From: Clostridia bacterium
GTDB lineage: Bacteria; Bacillota; Clostridia; Oscillospirales; Acutalibacteraceae
NCBI GenBank assembly: GCA_017442265.1
Contig: JAFSAC010000048.1
Span: forward strand, 1,191-65,190
DNA length: 64,000 nt
Direction of reading: 5' to 3'
Shown here: positions 54,479 to 64,000 of the stretch, piece after piece
Position numbering within the stretch: position 1 is the stretch's first letter
How the letters are laid out: every line of letters starts with the position of its first letter
Position numbers and translations under genes: made by a program
Notes under the pieces: model-generated
The model's input: the letters and a program-made list of their open reading frames with translations, nothing else
What the model was told of the DNA's origin: nothing
Database searches by the model: none

Positions 54479-54903
54479 GGGGTTTTGATAAAAAAATCGA
54501 AAATTTGTTCGGTTTTTGAAATATCCCGTTCATCTGCCCGGACGGGGACGGGGTGAAATCGGCGGCCTCTCGCTGAAAAACGACAGGTTTTGCTCGGATT
54601 TTTCTTCCCTTTGCGGTAAAATAGGTTCGCTTACATAGGCCGCATCACCTTAAATTATGCAATATTACCAAATATAGGCAATGTCTTTTGGGTGTTTTTA
54701 AAAGTTTTTCACAACTACCCCTTGTTTTTTCAGAATAGCTCTGTTAGAATGTAATTAATGGGAAAGTAGGCCCTTTTCCCGTTTCCTTTGTCCGGCTGCG
54801 GTTTTCGGACTATCCGGCCGATGACCGTCATATAGTGGACAAGAGGGCGAAATTTTCAGGTCAGGCGCCAAGGCGTCAATATAATAGGAAGGAAGCAGAT
54901 TCT

Positions 54904-56124
54904 ATGTTTCGTAAACAGGAATGTGTCGCAATGCTGCTGGCCGGCGGACAGGGAAGCCGCCTGTATGCGCTGACCCGCCGTATTGCCAAACCGGCGGTGC
55001 CGTTCGGCGGAAAATACCGTATTATCGATTTCCCGTTGTCCAACTGTGTCAACTCGGGTATCGAAACGGTGGGTGTTTTAACCCAGTATCAGCCGTTGGA
55101 ACTGAATGATTATATCGGTTCCGGTCAGCCGTGGGATTTAGACCGATTGGATGCCGGCGTGCACGTGTTGCCGCCGTACCAACGTAATCGCGGAGCGGAC
55201 TGGTATAAGGGTACCGCCAACGCGATCTACCAGAATATGGATTTTATCGCGCGGTACGACCCGGAATACGTGTTGGTGCTGTCTGGCGACCATATTTATA
55301 AGATGAACTATGCGAAGATGATCGAAGCGCATAAGGCGAACAATGCCGCTTGCACCATTGCGGTGCTGGAGGTGGAGATGTCCGAGGCCAGCCGTTTCGG
55401 TATCATCAACACCCGGGAGGACGACTCGATCTACGAGTTTGAGGAGAAGCCGGCGAATCCGAAGAGCAACCTCGCCTCTATGGGTATTTACGTATTCGAC
55501 TGGAAAAAGCTGCGCGCCTATCTCGAGGCGGATGAGCAGAACCCCGATTCCAGTAACGACTTCGGCAAGGACGTCCTGCCGGCGATGCTGGCGGGCGGCG
55601 AGCGGATGTTTGCCTACCGTTTTGAGGGCTACTGGAAGGACGTCGGCACCATTGACAGCTTGTGGGAAGCGAATATGGATCTGTTGGACCCGAAGGTTCC
55701 GCTGGATCTGTCGGATAAGGACTGGCGCATTTATGCCCGCAACACCGGTCTGCCGCCGCATTACGTGGCGGACGGCGCTACGGTGCAGAACAGTCTTATT
55801 ACCGAGGGCTGTAACATCTACGGTAACGTGGACTTTTCGGTCATCTTCTCGGGGGTCACGGTGGAGGAAGGCGCTGAGGTGCGCGACTCGATCCTGATGC
55901 CCGGCACCCATATTAAGCGCGGTGCCTGTGTGCAGTACGCCATTTTAGCGGAAAACACCGTGGTAGAGGAAAACGCTACGGTCGGTGAACGGCCGGAAAG
56001 CTGTGATAACCTTGAAAACTGGGGCGTTTCGGTCATTGCCCAGGGCATTAAAGTCGGCGCGAACGCCGTGGTGCTTGCTCGGGCGATGATCGAAGAGGAC
56101 GTTCAAGCGAAAGGAGCGAAGTGA
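54904..56124 (+). CDS. glgC: Glucose-1-phosphate adenylyltransferase
   Basis: [44 protein letters not shown]. Start at the ATG at 54904 after AGGAAGGAAG. Confidence 0.95.
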   Translation: MFRKQECVAMLLAGGQGSRLYALTRRIAKPAVPFGGKYRIIDFPLSNCVNSGIETVGVLTQYQPLELNDYIGSGQPWDLDRLDAGVHVLPPYQRNRGADWYKGTANAIYQNMDFIARYDPEYVLVLSGDHIYKMNYAKMIEAHKANNAACTIAVLEVEMSEASRFGIINTREDDSIYEFEEKPANPKSNLASMGIYVFDWKKLRAYLEADEQNPDSSNDFGKDVLPAMLAGGERMFAYRFEGYWKDVGTIDSLWEANMDLLDPKVPLDLSDKDWRIYARNTGLPPHYVADGATVQNSLITEGCNIYGNVDFSVIFSGVTVEEGAEVRDSILMPGTHIKRGACVQYAILAENTVVEENATVGERPESCDNLENWGVSVIAQGIKVGANAVVLARAMIEEDVQAKGAK

Positions 56125-56126
56125 TC

Positions 56127-57236
56127 ATGCAAAAGAATCAGGTAATGGGACTTTTGTTCCCGAACATGGGGGATAGCACCCTGGGAGATCTCACCGCTCA
56201 CCGTTCGGTTGGCTCCACCCCCTTTGGCGGACGGTACCGTCTTATTGATTTTCCGTTGTCCAATATGGTACATGCCGGCATTTCCAAGGTCGGTGTCATT
56301 ACTAAGAAAAATTATAATTCCCTTATGGACCACCTCGGCTCCGGTAAAGCGTGGGACCTGTCCCGGAAACACGAGGGTCTGTACTACCTGCCGCCGCGCG
56401 GAAGTGACCATCTGTACGAGGGCCGTATATCCTCTTTGGCAGATATTATGTCCTTTTTGCAGGCATCCAAAGAAGAGATCGTGGTGCTGTCCGACTGCTA
56501 CACGGTCGGCAACATTGACCTCGATCAGATGATCTCGCATCATATTGCCGGCGGCGCGGATATCACCATTGGTTACGTGCATACCACCCTGCGGGGGGCG
56601 ATCGACCGGATGCTGGTGTGGCCGGATCAGGACGGACGGATCACCGATATCGTGTTCAACCAGGCGGAGGAAGCGGAAGGAAACTTCAGCATTGGCCTGT
56701 ACGTGATGAGCAAGGCGTTTTTGATCCGCATTATTAAGGATGCGATCGGTCGTAACCTCACCCATTTTGAACGGGATATTCTGCAAAAGCACATCGCTTC
56801 TCTGCATATCGCCGGCTATGAGGTGAAGGAACTGACCATGATGATCTGCTCGCAGGAGCAGTATTTTGCGGCGAATATGGCACTGCTGGATGCCGAAGTC
56901 CGCAATAAGCTGTTTTTACCCGGCCGCCCGATCTACACCAAGGTGCGGGATTGCGCGCCGGCACGGTACGGGCTCAATAGTGTCGTGTCCGATTCACTGG
57001 TCGGGGACGGCGCCAAGATCAACGGTACCGTGCGGAATTCCATTGTGTTCCGGGATGCCGATATCGGCCGGGATGCGGTGGTGGAAAACTGCGTGGTGAT
57101 GCAGGGTGCGATCATCGGCGAACGGGCGCAGCTGCGGTATACGATTGCCGATAAAAACGTGGTGATCCGGGAAGGCCGTGCACTGCAGGGCTGTGAAAGC
57201 TATCCGATCTACATCGCGAAAAACACTATGGTATAA
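56127..57236 (+). CDS. glgD: Glucose-1-phosphate adenylyltransferase subunit GlgD
   Basis: GlgC paralog lacking the GGxGxRL loop (LLFPNMGDSTLGDLTAHRSVGSTPFGGRYRLIDFPLSNMV). It lies immediately after glgC, as in Firmicutes. An alternative GTG at 56121 overlaps the glgC stop. Confidence 0.85.
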   Translation: MQKNQVMGLLFPNMGDSTLGDLTAHRSVGSTPFGGRYRLIDFPLSNMVHAGISKVGVITKKNYNSLMDHLGSGKAWDLSRKHEGLYYLPPRGSDHLYEGRISSLADIMSFLQASKEEIVVLSDCYTVGNIDLDQMISHHIAGGADITIGYVHTTLRGAIDRMLVWPDQDGRITDIVFNQAEEAEGNFSIGLYVMSKAFLIRIIKDAIGRNLTHFERDILQKHIASLHIAGYEVKELTMMICSQEQYFAANMALLDAEVRNKLFLPGRPIYTKVRDCAPARYGLNSVVSDSLVGDGAKINGTVRNSIVFRDADIGRDAVVENCVVMQGAIIGERAQLRYTIADKNVVIREGRALQGCESYPIYIAKNTMV

Positions 57237-57256
57237 AAGGGGAAAGGAAGATCAAC

Positions 57257-58681
57257 ATGAAGGTGTTATATGCGGCCAGTGAGGCGCTCCCTTTTATTGC
57301 CTCCGGAGGACTTGCGGACGTTGCCGGCTCGTTGCCGGGCGCTATCCGGAAACGGCTGGTGGGCTGTCGGGTGGTTCTTCCGCTGTATGAGCAGATCCCG
57401 CAGGAATTGCGGGACACCATGACCTTTGTGACCAGCATTTCGGTGCCGGTGTCCTGGCGGCGGCAGTATTGCGGCATTTTTGAAGCCCGGCATAACGGGG
57501 TCATCTATTATCTGTTGGATAACCAGTATTATTTCAAACGGCAGGGGCTGTACGGTCATTTTGACGATGCGGAACGGTTTGCGTTCTTCTCCCGCGCGGT
57601 GCTGGAGATGTTGCCGGCGATCGATTTCTGGCCGGACATCATCCACGCCAACGATTGGCAGACGGCGCTGATTCCGATCTACTATACGCTGTTCTACGGA
57701 CAGCAGGAGGCGTATCAGAATATCCGCACCGTATATACCATTCATAATATCGGGTATCAGGGACAGTACGGTATGGAGATTCTTGGGGACGTGTTCGGTA
57801 TCCCGGACGACCGCCGGGACCTGGTGGAGCACGGGGGCCTCATCAATCTGATGAAGGGCGGTATCGAGACCGCTGACCGGGTAACCACCGTGAGCGGCAC
57901 CTATGCCCGGGAGATTTTAGACCCGTGGTTTGCTCATGGACTGGATTCCATCCTGCGGGAGCGGGAATGGAAGCTGTCCGGTATTCTTAACGGTATTGAC
58001 ACGGTGGGGTATGACCCCGCCACCGACCCGAACGTGTTTAAAAATTACACGGCGGAGACGGTGCAAGCCGGGAAAGCGGCGAATAAGGCGGCTTTACAGG
58101 AACGGCTGTGTCTGCCGAAAAAGAAGAACGTACCGCTCATCGGTATGGTGACCCGGCTTGCGTCCCATAAGGGCTTGGACCTTGTGAAAGCGGTGTTTGA
58201 ACGGCTGATGACCGAGGAGGATGCTCAAGTGGTGATCCTCGGCTCCGGCGAATGGGCGTATGAGAATTTCTTCCGTGAAATGCAGGAGAAATACCCGGAT
58301 AAATTCTGCTATTGCTGTGGCTTTGTGCCGGAATTGGCGCGGAAGATCTACGCATCGGCGGATATCTTCCTGATGCCGTCCCAGAGCGAGCCGTGCGGAT
58401 TGGCGCAAATGGTGGCTTGCCGCTACGGAACCGTGCCGATCGTCCGGCGCACCGGCGGACTTGCTGACAGCATTCGTGATTGCGGTGACGGAGAGGGTTT
58501 CGGCTTTGTGTTTGATACCTATAATGCCGACGATATGTACTACGCGATCACCCGGGCGTTGGGTGCCTATGCCAATCAGGATCATTGGCCGATTTTAGTG
58601 GACCGTTGTATGGCTACCGACTTCACCTGGGGCCGCTCGGCAAACGAGTATATCCGGTTGTATCGCTCACTCGGAAAGTAA
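57257..58681 (+). CDS. glgA: Glycogen synthase (ADP-glucose type)
   Basis: MKVLYAASEALPFIASGGLADVAGSLP (KxGGL-type motif) and a GT5 C-terminal domain. Confidence 0.95.
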   Translation: MKVLYAASEALPFIASGGLADVAGSLPGAIRKRLVGCRVVLPLYEQIPQELRDTMTFVTSISVPVSWRRQYCGIFEARHNGVIYYLLDNQYYFKRQGLYGHFDDAERFAFFSRAVLEMLPAIDFWPDIIHANDWQTALIPIYYTLFYGQQEAYQNIRTVYTIHNIGYQGQYGMEILGDVFGIPDDRRDLVEHGGLINLMKGGIETADRVTTVSGTYAREILDPWFAHGLDSILREREWKLSGILNGIDTVGYDPATDPNVFKNYTAETVQAGKAANKAALQERLCLPKKKNVPLIGMVTRLASHKGLDLVKAVFERLMTEEDAQVVILGSGEWAYENFFREMQEKYPDKFCYCCGFVPELARKIYASADIFLMPSQSEPCGLAQMVACRYGTVPIVRRTGGLADSIRDCGDGEGFGFVFDTYNADDMYYAITRALGAYANQDHWPILVDRCMATDFTWGRSANEYIRLYRSLGK

Positions 58682-58698
58682 AAACAAGCAAATATCAC

Positions 58699-58729
58699 AG
58701 CGACCGGGGAACCCCCGGTCGCTTTTTTT
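58699..58729 (+). terminator. Rho-independent terminator
   Basis: agcgaccgggg-aac-ccccggtcgct followed by ttttttt. Confidence 0.88.
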
Positions 58730-58767
58730 GACAAAGGGACGAAATGTAGGAAAAATTGAAATTTCAA

Positions 58768-58796
58768 TTGACATCCCATTTTATTGAGAGTACAAT
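58768..58796 (+). promoter_or_regulatory. Predicted sigma-A promoter of serC-serA
   Basis: TTGACA (58768-58773), 17-nt spacer, TACAAT (58791-58796). Confidence 0.55.
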
Positions 58797-58865
58797 GATA
58801 CTCAATTAACAAACTCTTATTAAAAGGGACATTTTCACGTCCCTATGAGGAAAGGAATGGTTTTG

Positions 58866-59948
58866 ATGGCAAGAGTGTACAATTTTTCCGCCGGTCCTTC
58901 TATGCTGCCGGAAAGCGTGCTCAGACGGGCCGCTGCTGAAATGCTGGATTATGAGGGCTCCGGTCAGTCGGTGATGGAGATGTCCCACCGATCGAAAACG
59001 TATGACGCGATCATCAAATCCTGCGAAGCCCTGCTGCGCGAGGTCATGGAGATTCCGGATAATTATAAGGTTCTGTTTTTGCAGGGCGGTGCTTCCTCTC
59101 AGTTTGCGATGGTGCCGATGAACCTGATGACCGGCAGCGGCAAAGCCGACTTTGTTATCACCGGTCAGTGGGCGACCAAAGCGTATAAAGAAGCCGCCCG
59201 GTACGGCGAAGCCAAAGCGGTCGCCAGCTCGAAGGATGAGACCTTCTCTTACATTCCGAAGCTTGATCCCGCTACCTTCACCCCGGATGCGGACTATTTT
59301 CATATTTGTATGAACAACACCATTTACGGTACCTTGTTCCACGAGTTGCCTCAAACCGGTAACGTGCCGCTGGTGGCGGACGTTTCCTCCTGTATTCTGT
59401 CCGAGCCGATCGACGTCAGCCGCTTTGGTGTGCTGTACGCCGGTGCGCAGAAGAATATGGCTCCGGCGGGGCTTACCGTTGTGATCATCCGGGAAGACCT
59501 CATTGGCAAAGCCATGGAGATCACCCCGACCATGTTCAATTACCAGACCCACGCGGACAACGATTCGATGTTCAACACCCCGCCCTGCTACAGCATTTAT
59601 ATGTGTAAGCTGGTGCTGGAATGGATCAAAAATGAGATCGGCGGTCTTCAGAATATGAAGAAGATCAACGAGAAAAAAGCCGCTCTCCTGTATGATTTCC
59701 TCGACCGCTCCAAGGTGTTCCGCGGCACGGTGGTGAAGGAAGACCGTTCGCTGATGAACGTTCCGTTTGTCACCGGTGACGAGGAGCTGGATGCCCGGTT
59801 TGTCAAAGAAGCGGCGGCTGCCGGCTTTGTCAACCTGAAGGGTCACCGTTCGGTGGGCGGTATGCGTGCTTCTATTTATAACGCGATGCCGATCGAGGGT
59901 GTCGAGAAGCTGGTTGCCTTTATGGAAGAGTTTGAGAAAACTGTCTGA
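58866..59948 (+). CDS. serC: Phosphoserine aminotransferase
   Basis: YNFSAGPSMLPESVL...SHRSK...GAQKNMAPAG. Start at the ATG at 58866. Confidence 0.95.
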   Translation: MARVYNFSAGPSMLPESVLRRAAAEMLDYEGSGQSVMEMSHRSKTYDAIIKSCEALLREVMEIPDNYKVLFLQGGASSQFAMVPMNLMTGSGKADFVITGQWATKAYKEAARYGEAKAVASSKDETFSYIPKLDPATFTPDADYFHICMNNTIYGTLFHELPQTGNVPLVADVSSCILSEPIDVSRFGVLYAGAQKNMAPAGLTVVIIREDLIGKAMEITPTMFNYQTHADNDSMFNTPPCYSIYMCKLVLEWIKNEIGGLQNMKKINEKKAALLYDFLDRSKVFRGTVVKEDRSLMNVPFVTGDEELDARFVKEAAAAGFVNLKGHRSVGGMRASIYNAMPIEGVEKLVAFMEEFEKTV

Positions 59949-59965
59949 AGAGAGAAGGATACACC

Positions 59966-61123
59966 ATGAATATTTGTACTCTGAATAAGATTGCCGCCTG
60001 CGGCACCGAACGCTTTGGCGCCGGGTACACCATGACCGATACGCTGGATAACGCCAGCGGCGTTATGGTTCGTTCGGCGGCGATGCACGATATGGAATTG
60101 CCGGAGACTTTGGCGGCGATCGCCCGCGCCGGTGCCGGTGTGAATAACATTCCGGTGGATGCGTGCAGTGAAAAAGGCATTGTGGTATTCAACACCCCCG
60201 GTGCGAATGCCAATGCGGTGAAGGAACTGGTGCTGGCCGGTCTGTTACTCAGCTCCCGTAAGGTGGTTCCCGCCATTCAGTGGGCGGCTACCCTGAAGGG
60301 CGAGGGCGATCAGGTTGGCAAACTGGTGGAAAAAGGGAAATCCGCTTTCGCCGGCCCGGAAATCGCCGGGAAAAAGCTCGGTGTCATCGGACTCGGTGCG
60401 ATCGGTATTCTGGTCGCCAGTGCCGCGAAATCGCTGGGCATGGACGTGTACGGCTATGACCCGTTCCTGTCGGTGGATGCCGCGTGGAAACTGTCCCGCT
60501 CCATTCATCACGTACAGGAGCTGGATACCATTTATCAGACCTGCGATTATATCAGCGTGCACGTGCCGCTGACCCCCGATACCAAAGGTATGCTGAATGC
60601 GGAAACCTTCGCTTTGATGAAGGACGGGGTTCGCATTCTGAACTTCGCCCGGGCCGACCTGGTGAACAGCACCGATATGCTGGCGGCTTTAGAGTCCGGC
60701 AAGGTGGCGTCTTACGTGGTCGATTTCCCCACCGAGGAGATGCTTGGGGTGGAGAACGTGGTCGCGATTCCTCACCTGGGTGCTTCCACCCCGGAGAGTG
60801 AGGATAACTGTGCGGTTATGGCGGCAGATGAACTGCGGGATTATCTCGAAAACGGTAACATCCTGCATTCGGTCAACTACCCGGACGTGCAGGCGCCTCG
60901 CACCACGGCTCACCGCCTCTGCGTGTTGCACCGCAACATCCCGAATCTGCTGGCGCAGATCAGCGCGGCGGTATCTGCCGAAGGCATCAACATCGCTTCG
61001 CTGGTGAACCAGTCCCGGAAGGAATACGCTTACACCATGCTGGATGTGGAAGCACTGCCGTCGGCGGCGGTGATCGATCAGATCTTGGCGGTGGACGGGG
61101 TTATCCGTGTCCGTCAGCTGTAA
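59966..61123 (+). CDS. serA: D-3-phosphoglycerate dehydrogenase (2-hydroxyacid dehydrogenase with C-terminal ACT-like domain)
   Basis: NAD fold GVIGLGAIG, catalytic region NFARADLV...PHLGAST, and a position immediately after serC. Confidence 0.88.
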   Translation: MNICTLNKIAACGTERFGAGYTMTDTLDNASGVMVRSAAMHDMELPETLAAIARAGAGVNNIPVDACSEKGIVVFNTPGANANAVKELVLAGLLLSSRKVVPAIQWAATLKGEGDQVGKLVEKGKSAFAGPEIAGKKLGVIGLGAIGILVASAAKSLGMDVYGYDPFLSVDAAWKLSRSIHHVQELDTIYQTCDYISVHVPLTPDTKGMLNAETFALMKDGVRILNFARADLVNSTDMLAALESGKVASYVVDFPTEEMLGVENVVAIPHLGASTPESEDNCAVMAADELRDYLENGNILHSVNYPDVQAPRTTAHRLCVLHRNIPNLLAQISAAVSAEGINIASLVNQSRKEYAYTMLDVEALPSAAVIDQILAVDGVIRVRQL

Positions 61124-61140
61124 AATTGATCATTTACCGA

Positions 61141-61169
61141 AATACCCTGTCGAACGGCAGGGTATTTTT
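61141..61169 (+). terminator. Rho-independent terminator
   Basis: ataccctgtcg-aa-cggcagggtat followed by ttttg. Confidence 0.75.
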
Positions 61170-61189
61170 GTCATAGGGAGGACCTTAGG

Positions 61190-61969
61190 ATGTTAAAATG
61201 GCGGTTGCCGCTTTTGATATTCTCCGGCATTTTGCTGGTATGGGGTATTTTACCGTATTGGTATGCGCGGATTCGCGGGGTCGGGGTGATCACCCCGATG
61301 GTGATCGGTTTTGTAGGATTGATCGCCGGCATTTTTCCACGGCTTTTGTTGCGGCTGATTGATGCTGTCCGTCAATCCGGGCGGGTGACCCATATCGTGG
61401 TTATGGTACTCGGCGTGCTGGTCGCCGTCCTGATCCTGTTGTTTTTGGTGGTGTCGGTGTTGATGATCTGCGGCGCTTTGGATAAGGTACCCTCCGGCGA
61501 ACCGGTGACGGTGGTGGTGCTCGGTGCTCAGATCAACGGGGAGAGTCCCTCCCGGATGCTTGGTGACCGGCTGAAAGCGGCTATCAAGGTACTGGAGGAG
61601 AACCCGGAGGCCGTTTGTGTGGTCAGTGGCGGTCAGGGTCCGGATGAGATCGTGTCCGAAGCCGTGGCGATGAAAAAGTACCTGGTTGCCGCCGGGGTGG
61701 AGCCGGCTCGGGTGTTTTTGGAGGATCGCTCTATCAATACTATGGAAAATATGAAGTTTACCGCCGAGGTGATCGCACAGAACAATCTGCCGGAGCAGGT
61801 AGTGATCGCCACTCAGGAATTCCACCAGTTCCGCTCGGCGGCGTATGGCCGTGCGGCGGGTCTTTCACCGGTCGGGGCGGCAGTTTGCGGCACCCCGTGG
61901 TATCTCTTTTTGTGCTACTGGGTGCGGGAATTTGCCGGTATCTGCCGGATGTGGTTACTTCATTACTAA
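61190..61969 (+). CDS. YdcF/ElyC (DUF218) family protein with N-terminal TM segments
   Basis: VVVLGAQINGESPSRMLGDRL...VVSGGQGPDE...EDRSINTMEN is the DUF218 pattern. Confidence 0.8.
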   Translation: MLKWRLPLLIFSGILLVWGILPYWYARIRGVGVITPMVIGFVGLIAGIFPRLLLRLIDAVRQSGRVTHIVVMVLGVLVAVLILLFLVVSVLMICGALDKVPSGEPVTVVVLGAQINGESPSRMLGDRLKAAIKVLEENPEAVCVVSGGQGPDEIVSEAVAMKKYLVAAGVEPARVFLEDRSINTMENMKFTAEVIAQNNLPEQVVIATQEFHQFRSAAYGRAAGLSPVGAAVCGTPWYLFLCYWVREFAGICRMWLLHY

Positions 61970-61994
61970 AAACCGGATGATTGTTTTAAACAAC

Positions 61995-62039
61995 GCGCCC
62001 GGGTGTTTCAAAGCAGAAACACCCGGGCGCTCATTTTTT
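61995..62039 (+). terminator. Rho-independent terminator
   Basis: gcgcccgggtgtttc-aaagca-gaaacacccgggcgc followed by tcatttttt. Confidence 0.88.
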
Positions 62040-62140
62040 GTCAAAACGGTCATAAAGGAGGGGGCAGGGGATAAAAAGGGGCAAAATGGTTGAAAAATCT
62101 CTTTAAAAATAAAAAAAGTTGCCAATCCTTCAAAAAGGCA

Positions 62141-62169
62141 TTGACAAATAAAGGAAATAGGTATACAAT
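62141..62169 (+). promoter_or_regulatory. Predicted sigma-A promoter upstream of rpoB
   Basis: TTGACA (62141-62146), 17-nt spacer, TACAAT (62164-62169). This leaves a ~210-nt leader. Confidence 0.5.
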
Positions 62170-62381
62170 CATAAACTGTTTCAATATGGGCATTTGTGTC
62201 CTTCCACCCGGATATCAGTATATCACAGGATGCAAAAAAATGCAAGAGGATGCTGAAAAAACGAGCTTTTTTCGCCGTTCTCCCGATCGCCCTGAGAAAG
62301 CAAAAAAATGAGGTAAATAAGCCGAATTTTCCTACGGGCGGGAAAAATCGTGCAAAAATACAAAGGAGTGTGGTCGCGCTT

Positions 62382-64000
62382 ATGGTGGATATGAAACCTG
62401 TCAAGCTGGGAAACACGACCCGTATGAGCTTTGCTAAGATCAATGAGGTTCTGGATATGCCGAACCTGATCGAGGTGCAGAAGAATTCGTACCGGTGGTT
62501 CCTGGAGGAAGGACTCAAGGAGGTCTTCCGTGATATGTCGGCGATTGCTGACTATTCCGGAAATCTGGTTCTTGAGTTTATCGACTATCGCCTGGATGAT
62601 GAACCGAAATACACGGTAGCGGAATGTAAGGAGCGGGATGTGACCTATGCCGCCCCTTTGCACGTGCGCGTGCGCTTACTCAATAAAGAAACCGGTGAAG
62701 TGAAGGAGTCGGAAGTGTTTATGGGCGATTTCCCGCTCATGACCGAAAGCGGCACCTTTGTCATCAACGGCGCGGAGCGTGTGATCGTCTCCCAGCTGGT
62801 GCGTTCGCCCGGTGTGTATTACGGGATGAGCTACGACACCACCGGTAAAAAGCTGTTCACCTCCACCGTGATCCCGAATCGCGGTGCGTGGCTGGAATAC
62901 GAAACCGATTCGTCCGACGTTTGCTACGTTCGTATCGATAAGAACCGCAAGGTGCCGGTGACCTGCCTGGCCCGTGCCATGGGGCTTAGCACCGATGCCC
63001 AGCTTTTGGAATTCTTTGGTGATGACGAGCGTCTGCACGCTACCATTCAGAAGGACCCGACCAAGAATACCGAGGAAGCGCTGCTTGAGATCTACCGCAA
63101 GCTTCGTCCCGGCGAGCCGCTGACGGTGGAGAACTCCCAGCAGCATCTGGAGGGGCTGTTCTTTGACCCCCGCCGGTATGACCTGTCCCGCGTCGGCCGC
63201 TATAAATATAATAAGAAGTTAGGACTTTCCAACCGTCTGTCCGGCCATAAGCTCAGCCGCCCGATCGCCGATCCGAGCACCGGCGAACTGCTGGCCGAAG
63301 CCGGGGAGTTTATCGATCGCGCCCGTGCGATGGAACTGGAAGATGCCGGTGTCAGCGAGGCGTTTGTGTCGCTGGATGAGCACGGCGAAGAGCGTGAAGT
63401 GAAGATCGTCACCAACGGCATGGTGGATATCCGCAAATACGTGGATTTCGATGTGACCGAATACGGTATCCGTGAGCGTGTCTGCTACCGCGTGCTGCGG
63501 GAGATCCTCGACACCTGCGGCGAAGATGCGGAGGCGCTCAAAGAAGCGCTGCGCACCCGTGCGGAAGAACTGGTGCCCAACCACATCACGGTGGACGATA
63601 TTCTCGCTTCCATTAACTACGTGAACTGCCTGGGTCACGACATCGGTACCACCGATGACATCGACCACCTGGGTAACCGTCGCATCCGTTCGGTGGGTGA
63701 GCTGTTGCAGAATCAGTTCCGCATCGGTTTCTCCCGTATGGAGCGTGTGATCCGTGAGCGTATGACCCTGCAGGCGCAGGATATGGACGTCATCACCCCG
63801 CAGGCGCTGATCAACATTCGCCCGGTGGTGGCGGCGATCAAGGAGTTCTTCGGCTCCTCTCCGCTGTCCCAGTTTATGGATCAGAACAACCCCCTGGCGG
63901 AACTCACCCATAAGCGCCGTCTGTCTGCGCTGGGTCCGGGCGGTCTGTCCCGTGACCGTGCCGGCTTCGAGGTGCGTGACGTGCACTACAGCCACTACGG
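62382..64000 (+). CDS. rpoB: DNA-directed RNA polymerase subunit beta (5' part; runs off the window)
   Basis: My own translation: [45 protein letters not shown]...[21 protein letters not shown]...[31 protein letters not shown]. Not in the ORF track because no stop codon falls in the window. The start is approximate. Confidence 0.95.
   Translation, partial: MVDMKPVKLGNTTRMSFAKINEVLDMPNLIEVQKNSYRWFLEEGLKEVFRDMSAIADYSGNLVLEFIDYRLDDEPKYTVAECKERDVTYAAPLHVRVRLLNKETGEVKESEVFMGDFPLMTESGTFVINGAERVIVSQLVRSPGVYYGMSYDTTGKKLFTSTVIPNRGAWLEYETDSSDVCYVRIDKNRKVPVTCLARAMGLSTDAQLLEFFGDDERLHATIQKDPTKNTEEALLEIYRKLRPGEPLTVENSQQHLEGLFFDPRRYDLSRVGRYKYNKKLGLSNRLSGHKLSRPIADPSTGELLAEAGEFIDRARAMELEDAGVSEAFVSLDEHGEEREVKIVTNGMVDIRKYVDFDVTEYGIRERVCYRVLREILDTCGEDAEALKEALRTRAEELVPNHITVDDILASINYVNCLGHDIGTTDDIDHLGNRRIRSVGELLQNQFRIGFSRMERVIRERMTLQAQDMDVITPQALINIRPVVAAIKEFFGSSPLSQFMDQNNPLAELTHKRRLSALGPGGLSRDRAGFEVRDVHYSHY

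Noticed and set aside
54480-54903. A possible riboswitch or ncRNA in the long (about 460 nt) region upstream of glgC.
   Set aside because: I could find only a weak promoter candidate (TTGTTT-17-TAGAAT at 54722-54750), a few short hairpins and one degenerate repeat-unit fragment. Nothing matches a riboswitch class I can recognise by eye. The question stays open for an Rfam scan.
62090-62311. A 73-aa ORF upstream of rpoB.
   Set aside because: It spans the predicted rpoB promoter, has no RBS, and its composition is Lys-rich only because of A-tracts. It is most likely non-coding leader or promoter DNA.

Overview
This 64 kb chromosomal window appears to come from a Gram-positive anaerobe. I infer a Clostridia/Oscillospiraceae-like Firmicute from gene content: glgD, SpoVD/BofC-type genes, Cheo-type SOS boxes and AGGAGG ribosome-binding sites. 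I call about 53 protein-coding genes and see no rRNA, tRNA or CRISPR array.

Most of the window is housekeeping:
- an amino-acid ABC transporter, DegV, a PRPP synthetase, HflX and a type III glutamine synthetase
- glycyl-tRNA synthetase, a sigma factor and Tex
- a small cell-wall glycopolymer locus (flippase, LtaS-like enzyme, GT2, UDP-galactopyranose mutase)
- an EF-G paralog, an AI-2E transporter and PBP1A
- a compact dcw cluster: mraZ-rsmH-ftsL-pbp2B-murE-mraY-ftsW-murG-murA-ftsQ-ftsZ
- glgC-glgD-glgA, serC-serA and the 5' part of rpoB

I did not find an obvious multi-gene novel system such as a defence island. The observations most worth a second look are:
1. A 112-aa three-TM protein whose consensus promoter is followed by two tandem LexA/Cheo boxes. 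It is a candidate SOS-induced membrane effector or division inhibitor, 1.4 kb upstream of the dcw cluster.
2. An orphan four-gene phage-derived operon (tail-fibre-like, 52-aa ORF, XkdX-like, amidase endolysin) with its own sigma-A promoter and terminator. It has no holin, integrase or structural genes, and two of its ORFs are too short to be in the supplied track.
3. A family of structured GC-rich double-hairpin repeats. They fill a 0.8 kb non-coding island at 4258-5030 and recur at 407-456, 7592-7705 and possibly 54572-54597. One copy abuts an AT-rich DUF559 nuclease gene.
4. A 1130-aa secreted protein built from three tandem lectin/jelly-roll-like modules.
5. Several cis-elements: a terminator hairpin inside the glnN leader, a 22-bp inverted repeat in the flippase 5' UTR, and 10-bp-periodic MraZ-type boxes at Pmra.

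All homology calls come from reading the translations by eye. No database search was run, and start codons were adjusted only where an RBS supported the change.
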